A DNA stretch of 51,765 nucleotides from Eledone cirrhosa (lineage: Eukaryota). The notes beneath the pieces were generated by a model. The model saw only the letters and a list, made by a program, of their open reading frames with translations, did not search any database and was not told where the DNA came from. Positions 40,076 through 51,765 of this stretch are shown here, piece after piece. Both the position numbers and the translations under genes were made by a program. The stretch spans positions 1 through 51,765 of the forward strand of contig CAXHJY010000681.1 of the NCBI GenBank assembly GCA_964016885.1. The letters run 5' to 3'. Numbering within the stretch: position 1 is the first letter of the stretch; each line of letters starts with the position of its first letter.

Positions 40076-42534
40076 ATTTCATGAAAACGTTTAATTTACG
40101 GACACTTTCGTTACAATTGGTGTATCATGAAAGCATCATATTTTGTATTTAGTCATATATCGTCATACTTTACCTACGCTGTAATTCAGCCAGGTTTTAA
40201 TGCATGTATGCATATTTTGCAAAAGCATTTTTATTAAATTCATATTTAAAGTAGCAGAGAACTTATTACTCAGGATTTAGGGGATTTTTCCACATTGTTT
40301 AATTTTATTAAATAATAAGACGATCAAACATAAAAACATTAAAAAAATAAATGCCATATGAAATACAAGTATTTCATAAATAAATAGTTTAGATTACCGA
40401 TACTAAAAGCAAAGCCAAACTAATATATTGGTGGAACTTACAAAACTGAAAGTAAATAATTGAAAAGCTTTCTCATTAGCGACACACAAAAAATTGGTGC
40501 TGTCGTATGAAAACCCAAGAATAGAATATTAACTGAGTTAAATATACACTGCACTTGAAAAGTCAGAATGAATGTGAGAATCGTATAAACGTGACCGTTT
40601 CGAGACTATAAAGTAGACCTTCTGGTTATGAATTATTATTGAATGTCAGTTGTTTTTAATATTATAGTCTATTCTGACTATTGATTTCATTTATTATTTT
40701 GACCATGAATTTCATGAGTTCAATCGTCTGATTATATCCTAAATCCTCTACCATAAGTACATTTGAGAGGGCACTTTCAACATGAAAGCTGGTCTTCTAC
40801 GGTATGGAGTACACATTCTTTCCTGAAAGGTATATCAACAACAAGCAATTCCAGTTACAGCTAATTATCCTTAGCTTCCACAAGGCACTTTCATTATACC
40901 AAATTATTGGATGGAGATAATACAGAATACCTGATTAAGAAAGAGCAAAACAAACATACATTACAGAATCTAGAGGAATGGCGCTTCTGTTTAATAGGAC
41001 GTCCATATATGTATAACACTCATTTTTGTGTTTGTTTATGTTGTTCAGGAACGGAAAGCCCCATATTAAACGTACATTAGCAATTGGCCTCGTGACTAGT
41101 TTATCAGCAAGCGTCATAAATAAGTCTTTTGCGATATTTCCAAAAGTTCACAGTTATTCCATCTGCAATATGGAAATGTCAATTAAAATCTTTCTTCGAT
41201 GTAGTTAGGCTCAGTAATTAGTGACTTATATGTTCTCTTCTCATTAAACTTCCAGATATTCCCTTTTCTGATATTGGGAAGCATCATACTCGATAACACA
41301 ACCCATAAAGGCATACATTGATGCAATATTTGCTCAGAAGGTTTGTCTAATAAGGACGGTGCCATCTTGCTACTCTTGATTAATTTCTACATTTAATGAG
41401 ACGCTGCTATCAAATGCAGCGTGTTATTATCTGTAGTTTTCGAGAGAACAGATATTTTGTAATTGATGCTTACTGTTAGGGTGAGCTTGGTATGTTGTAA
41501 TTTTATTCTCCAACATGTACAGAGGGTTTAACAGGAATACACGATTTTTATGTGGTGTCAAACAGGGGAGGTCTTTACAGCTGGTAATAGGTTTCAATGC
41601 ACTAACAATCCTCTGGTGTTTTTACTTGTTTTTTATCTCAATACAAACTGTTTGTTTTGAAAGTAGGACTGGCAATGATTTTCAGTCAGAAAAGTGAAAT
41701 TGTTTGTTCTCGTAAATGTCCACATTATACTTTCCGATACATACACATGACTATATTTGTTATATCTGCATATGTGTGTAGTTCCTTGGTGACAGGCATT
41801 CTTCTTTCGGAGATATCGGTTATGGAAATCTCAGTACTTCTCATATCATATAGAATTTAACCTTTATAACACTGAATTCAGGTATTAAATTGATTTTGAA
41901 TTATGGTTCTGCCATCTTAAGAATTACTCACCATGTTGCTAGTATCGAAATATAACCACATGTCAAAAGTGTTTAACTAAATTTAATTACAGGTTGTTGT
42001 AAACGACCTTATTCTTAACAGTGCTTGAGTTAGTCATTCATAAACGTCAATACCATATAACAGGGACGGTTCCCTAGAACAGAAATAACTCATTTTCCGC
42101 AACAAACCGCGATTACTTAGGGCCCTATGTGATGGCAAATGTAATCGAAACGTGGAACCTCTGATATAAATAGATGGAACTCAGACATAAAATAAATATT
42201 TATTAGATTGAACAGATGAATTGGGATATATGTATTTTCCCTTCAAATTGAATTTGATGATATCTCTGATCTCTTGAGATTAACTTAAGCCAAATATGGC
42301 CACAACTCATGCAGGTCCACATGAACCTATATGATTAGGTGGGGAACGTCGGAGGATAAAGAAATCAGGACCAGTTATGCAGATACATTGCATTCAAATT
42401 CAGAAAAATCCCTCAGCAAACTGACCATGTTGAAAATGCGTGAAGAATCGTGAGCGCCCGGTGACTTGTCGCTAGAAATGGCTCTAGGCAATGGCTATCA
42501 GGAGTGATAATCCCAATTATATATGTGACATGAG

Positions 42535-42569
<35 letters not shown>

Positions 42570-42599
42570 CATTATACTCAAGCCTAAATAACTAATCAA

Positions 42600-43500
42600 A
42601 AGGGGGACAAAGGTTATTGCTCCTATTGCAGTAGGATCTCCTTGTTAAGCCTCCCCAGTAAAGTCTATGCTGAGTGTTTGACTAAGAGACGTGGAGAGAC
42701 TGTCACGTCCAAGCTAACTGATGATTAGTATGGTTTTCGACCCGGATTCAGCACAGCCGACCAAATATGCACTTTGTAGGAGGTCTTTCAGAATTCGTGG
42801 GAGTACCACCATGAGGGGTATTATTGCGAAGATTAATACACTCGTTCACTCAAGGTGCCTGAGTAGTCCACTCTACACGTGATTGGACTAACAGTGAAGC
42901 AGATGGAGCAGTTCAAATATTTCGCCTTAACGGAAGACAGGAGGCTAACTTAAGTTCAAGAATTGCAGGAGCTGGTCCAGTAAAGCGCTAGATTTAGCAT
43001 TTGGTAATAAGAGGAAGGGAAGCAAGTGTAAAAGCCAATATCGCTTTCATCAATTCGGCATTCCTGTATATTCGTGTGAACCCTTACGTATGGTCATGAA
43101 CCTTAGGTAATGATCTAAAGGATACGATTACAAATGCAAGCGACTGAAATGGGCTTTTTTCGAAGGGTCGTTGGAGTAACGCTACTCGATACATCAGGGA
43201 GTTGCTCCTGATAGTGCTGCTACTTTTACGATTTGAGATTAATTTTAACCACATGCCCATTAATTTGGGCATGTGGTTAAAATATATCAGGAAAGAATCG
43301 CTGAACAGATTTTAAAGGCAAAACCAACAGACAGATAACTCAGCGGTTGACCCCGAGCAAGATGATTGGATAATATCCATGAGTTTGACTGGTCTCATTC
43401 GGCGTTCCAGCAGCGTCCGTTGAAGAGGCTTGCTTGTGACAGGACCCGATGGAAGATGTGTTTGAGGACTCTGCTCCCATGACCCTCTCTGGAATAAGTA
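42600..43500 (+). pseudogene. Degenerate, internally deleted RTE-clade LINE RT fragment
   Basis: Own translation with stops: KGDKGYCSYCSRISLLSLPSKVYA..*YGFRPGFSTADQICTL*EVFQNSWEY, then VKQMEQFKY and TLTYGHEP*VMI*RIRLQMQATEMGFFRRVVGVTLLD. Confidence 0.85.
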
Positions 43501-43558
43501 GACGAAGAAGAGATCATTTCCCTTATGACTTGCATTCACAACATGCATACATATGCAC

Positions 43559-43610
<52 letters not shown>

Positions 43611-44926
43611 AAAGTGTGTGTCTGTGTTTAACTGTGTATCTAATTTGTGAGAGAGACAAAGAAAAAGAAGGTCAGATTGATAGAGAATGAAAACGCATTC
43701 AAATGTGTTAGACATTATTTCAAAAGAAACAGATAAGGAAATTATGGAACTTATTTTTCCTAATCCGGTCTTTCAATTGGAACATTAAGTTAAGAATTGT
43801 GTAGCTGTTATATAATTCATAATCTTATTGATATTTATGTTGTTTTGTTTTAACTAAAATTTTTGATTAGAGTTACGCATCTTTTTACACTGAATCTACT
43901 ATATTTTGTGCAGACAAATATAACTTGGTAGATAACGGTGATATAGTACAATTAATTAGAGTAGCAATAGAAATTAAATAAATTATTTATAACTCTAATT
44001 TTAAGGCAGTTCCACGAATTAGATGTTAGTTGCTATGGTGTGAACATTCAGGAGCAATGCGATGATATAATATATAACTCCTGGTTCGAAATCTCAATCA
44101 CTTTGTTCAATTTCATATATCTCGTCATAAAATCAATTTCCTCGTCCTCTTCTAGTAATCCTTGTTCGCAAATCGAGCCAGTACCAGATAATGTATACAT
44201 ATTCAGATATTGTTTAAACACAGAAAAGATGATAATATAAGATATGGAATGAGAAATTGAATATAATTAAGTGAAATCATCCATAAATAATCTACATAAG
44301 GCAGTAAAGGAAAATAAAGTCAGGGGTTAGTTGTACAGATAATCAATAGTATGCAAGACTGATTTTAGGAATTATGTAATCTAATGCGCTATGTTGTATT
44401 AAATACATGTCTGAAAATAGAAAGCAACACGTGATGATAACGAAATAATAGTTGCTGTCTACAAGATCTGAGCAACATGATATAGATGTCGATTACATTT
44501 TCATAATATTCTGAACAATAAAGCAATATGCATGGCGAATTCAAGACATTCTAGTTTGGATGGGACAAATGTTTATCGAGATTTCCTCTAATTTCATGTA
44601 GCTCCAGAAGTTTACAATCCTGACAATAACAGTTCGGAAGATGTAGGTCGTGTGCTATTTAGAGAGATCCTTATCAAATAGTAACTGTTGTTTTCATGGA
44701 AAATAATCCCTCTCTAATGTGTATGCACATAAATATAAAAAACATACACACACATACACACATATGTGTGTGTATGCACACATATGTATAAACACCATTA
44801 GGTAACATGTTTTAATTCAATTGTTATATAAGAGGCATTGGTTTTCATCATTCACTGTGAGCATTTGTGACGTTAGCAATTCAGTATTCGATAAACTAAA
44901 TGTAGTTAATAGGTAGTACTGTTTAA

Positions 44927-44960
<34 letters not shown>

Positions 44961-45944
44961 CTGTATATGTGTGTGCGTGTATGTGTGTGTCTGTGTGTGC
45001 GTGTATGTGTATGTGTGTGTGTGTATGTGTGTGTGTGTGGGGGGGGGGGGGGGGCAGCATCCTCATAGATCTGCTTGCTAAACTGAAACATCATTAAAAA
45101 TGATACTCATTCTTTGCCCTGCTTCTAGGCACTCTCTAACCGCAGGTTGCTGGCCAGTTTGGATATTGACAAGCTTTTCTAAGACTTTCCTGCTAGCAGG
45201 TAAGCAGTGTTATTCGCCGAAAAGGGCTGCTCCATCACCAGGATTGCTGCATAATGGCCCCACTGCCATCTTGGAGACGAAGTGGCGAATAATCCAAACG
45301 GCCTCCGAGTAGGGTAAATATGACCTACCCATGTGTTATGTCTGTATGTTTCACTGCGCTCCCATCACCGTAGGGATTTTCAAAAAACCTATTACCACTA
45401 CAATTATCCGAAGAGTTTCTGTGCATCAAATGTTTAGAGTGGATAAACATTTGCACACGACTAACCCAACTTTTCAAAACATTTAGCTATAACACTAGTG
45501 TGAAGAGATTGCGACCAGTGAAAAATAACTTAACATAGGAATATTTATTCAAGTTTTCTTTCTTGTTGATATATGACCTGACAAGAGCTACGGCTCTTTC
45601 ACTCTCACTCTCACACACAATATATGAAATAATATATGCTTTGGATATCCGCTGACTCTCCGGTGTTCATCCAGCCTTTGATGGATTTTTAATAAATCCT
45701 GAGGGTTTCAAAAATTCACACCCCTCAACAAAAAAGATTGGGGGTCTTGATGGATTTTCATCGACGACTCGAACATTTGATAGGTTGTACTGGCTACATG
45801 TTTTCATTAGTGCCCAAAAGTTACCTGATATATAGACATACCTACACACAAACATACATCATACATAGATGCATACATAGATAATTATATATATATAAAC
45901 ATGCATACTTAGATACATACATATACACATACATACATCACACA

Positions 45945-47245
45945 TGGTGGCTGCCAACTCGTTTTCGAGTACGGCCACTACTTTATATCCATGTAGGAGA
46001 ACCCCTACCGATGCGCTGAACGAATGTGGCTTTTTAGTCCAGCCAGCGACTTGAAAACTCTGGTACAAACACTACATTTGTGACAATTATTGACACATAG
46101 TGCTGGGCCCATGGTACCATGTGACGACAAGTGCGGAGAGATCTCCAGATATAAAGCAATGCCTGTGCCGTGAAGCTTTTATAGTGAGCAAAGGCACTGC
46201 ACAAAGCCAGTTCCACTCTCTTAACCAAGATGATATTTACCAAAAAGAAGAACAAGTCAACATCATTGGATACCATCAAGGTTGCAGGTGTTATATCAGA
46301 GTTTTCCTTCTCCTAGAATTCTGCCTTGACAAAGGCTAAGTGTCATTTCTCCCGGTGATGTTGGATGGCCATTAACTCTTAAGAGCTCCTTTGCCCTTTG
46401 ACAGGTTTTGTTTTTAGTCATGCAGGATGTCCAAAGTCATCCTCCTCACCAAGAAACCTTGGTGGGGTTGCCAGTTTAGTCGCCAACGACCCGACCATGG
46501 GACAGGTTGTACTGGAATACCTGTTACCAGTAGCACCAACTGGTGACCTGACACACATACATACATACATACATACATAGATACATACATATATACATGC
46601 ATACTTAGATACATGATGGCTGCCCCCTCGTTATCGTGTGTGGCCATTGCATGATATACCATTATTAGTAATTATCAATTAATTCCATCGTGCAATACCT
46701 GTGTCCAAAGATTTTTTTATAGTGAAGAAAGACAGTGCACTTAGCCAATCCCACTCTCTGAGCGACAGTAGCTATAACCCGAAAAGAAGAAAAGATCAAC
46801 ATCATCGGTAACTACTAAGCCGCAGGTTTTATGTCGGACTTATCCCAGTTTCCTGAGTTGCTTTCTCCTAGAAGAATGCCCTTACAAAGGCTAGGGTTCC
46901 TTCCCTCCCAGTGGTTTAACCGAGCAATCGAGTATCCAGCCCGACTATTTCTATGTCCCCCGCGTATATACATACACAAACATATGTACATGTACACATA
47001 CACATATATACATACGCATGCATATATATACATACACATACATATGTACATATTTACACATTTCTGGAGGGCCGTTAACTCTTATGAGTTCTTCCGCCGT
47101 TTGTCAACTTTTGTCTTTTAACCTGCAGGTTGTCCAAAATCATCCTCCTCGCCAATAAACTTGGTGAGGTAGACAGTTTAGTCGCCGACGCCCCGACCAT
47201 GCGACAGGCTGTACTGGGTTGCATGTTACCAGTAGCACATAATTT
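45945..47245. repeat. Two diverged tandem copies (~600-650 bp) of an old interspersed repeat, possibly RTE-family non-coding end
   Basis: Shared blocks: TCCACTCTCT..AAGAAGAA..TCAACATCAT, TTCTCCTAGAA..CAAAGGCTA, and TGTCCAAA.TCATCCTCCTC..AGTTTAGTCGCC.ACG.CCCGACCATG..TTACCAGTAGCAC (46421-46536 vs 47123-47238). Confidence 0.65.
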
Positions 47246-47300
47246 AGATACATACATACATATATACATACATACATACATACATACATACATACATACA

Positions 47301-47381
<81 letters not shown>

Positions 47382-47576
47382 GAAGTGAAATAGGTAGATA
47401 AAAAAAAAACAGAATGAATGTGTGAAAGAGAAAGAGCGAGAGAGATATGCAAATAACTAAATAAGAAGAAAAATCCTGTTCGAATGTATCGAAAGCGACA
47501 TTGAGTATTTTTGTAGCGAAAATAAAAATTATTTTTATTGCCAAAGGTGGTTACAAAGAAAAGATACAACCCGTTA

Positions 47577-48989
47577 TCTCTATCTCTCTCTATATATATA
47601 ATTCTTTGACTCTATGTCTGTTCCTAAGAATTCTCTAACGGTTGGACCAAATCAAATCAAATTTTACAAGGAATAGTATTAGACCCCGGGAGTGTCAACA
47701 TGTAATTTTCATTTTAATTTGGATTTAAACAATATAAGATGTTATCTAAAATAATATTCTTATAGTCAACTATAGTAAACCATGACGACGACAGACTATG
47801 TATGTGTCTTTGAGTGTGTGTGTGTGTTTGTGCGTTCCTTATGTAGCTTAGGCCTCAGAGAATTAAAACACACATATAACATTCTTTTTCGATCGACTTT
47901 CGTCAAATCGGACCGAGGAAACAATGTTTCCCTTGAACTTTCTAATTGCTACTACTATCTATCGGTCGCAACTCCAGGTAGAAGGAGCAACGTGAAATAA
48001 AGTGTCTTGCTCAAGGATATAACGCATCGCCTGGTCCAGGAATCGAACCGACAACCACACGATTACGAATCCAGTTCTCTAACCAATCAGCCACACACCA
48101 ATATACACATACATACACATAATGTGTATGAGTGTATGTAAGAGTGTAGACGTCACATTTTGAATGTGAATGTATGTTAGAATATATGTTAGAGTGTATG
48201 TGTGTGAGTGTATGTGAGATTATATGTGTGTGGGTGAGTGTATGTGTGTTGACTAAGATAACGATATTTTCTTTAGTCAACTATAGTAAACCACCACGAC
48301 CACGAAGTCACATTTTGTATATGAGTGTGCACTCATCTACACATACAGATACATATGGGATGACAGACTGGTGTGCGTGTATGTATGTCTATTTGTGTCT
48401 GTCTTAGTATGTGTATGTAAGTGTATGTGAGAGTGTATATGTGTGAAGGTATGTGTGTGTGTGAGTGTATGCGAGAGTGTATGTGTGTGAGTGTATGTGC
48501 GTGTGAGTGTAAGTGCGTGTGAGTGTATGTGAGAGTGTATATGTGTGAAGGTATGTGTGTGTGTGAGTGTATGCGAGAGTGTATGTGTGTGAGTGTATGT
48601 GCGTGTGAGTGTAAGTGCGTGTGAGTGTATGTGTATTAATCTTTATTTTCATTTGCATTAAAACAATAGGACGTCTCATTTTGCATATGAATATGTATGT
48701 GTCTGTCAGTGTGTGTGTTTCTGCGTTCATTAGGTACGTTATTAATTACACACACACACACATCTCCACATACATTAATTACACAATGAATATTGTTTAC
48801 CCTAAAGTACTTCAATATTAACAGATTTTCATTTCTAAATAATATTATCATTACAATTTTGATATTTTTAAAAAAGAAATATGGATATTTTCAAATAATT
48901 ATGAGAAAAAGAACATATCTTCATATTTATTGTTTACTAATCTGAATAAGACCAGCAGTAACCCGGGCAACGGTGGGTAATTCAGCTAG
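47577..48989 (+). mobile_element. Non-autonomous Helitron carrying a SINE and micro/minisatellites
   Basis: 5' A|TC..TCTATATATATAATTCT..AACGGTTGGACC. 3' hairpin ACCCGGGCAACGGTGGGT followed by CTAG|T (48986-48990). Confidence 0.7.
47881..48096 (-). mobile_element. tRNA-derived SINE (diverged copy of the 11511 family)
   Basis: Reverse complement aligns along the full length with scattered substitutions. Confidence 0.88.

Positions 48990-51765
<2,776 letters not shown>

Noticed and set aside
40100-42500. Host exons in the unique-looking region
   Set aside because: Only short ORFs of 60-67 aa without recognisable motifs. Small exons cannot be excluded without transcript data.

Overview
Eukaryotic, extremely AT-rich, microsatellite-dominated DNA. 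The repeat content resembles an octopus/cephalopod or other mollusc genome (inference only). No host protein-coding gene is recognisable, and almost all ORF-track entries are artefacts of (TA)n/(TG)n/(TATG)n repeats. The window is a nest of retroelements inserted into (TA)n. (1) A 5'-truncated Penelope-like element (PLE, Naiad-type RT + GIY-YIG, 4071-5789) enclosed by a ~3 kb inverted repeat. (2) An apparently intact ~4.9 kb CR1-group LINE: ORF1 has Myb/SANT-like and CCCH motifs, and the APE-RT ORF2 is reachable through a U_UUU_UUA -1 slippery site. (3) Several further PLE 3' fragments. (4) tRNA-derived SINEs, degenerate RTE pieces and non-autonomous Helitron ends. Reading both strands gives about 17 type I hammerhead-ribozyme (HHR) motifs from about 9 sequence families. 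They include two families with very large stem II insertions, two core variants, a 480-bp tandem retrozyme-like array and repeated foldback (hairpin) insertions. All structures were folded by eye, not computed.
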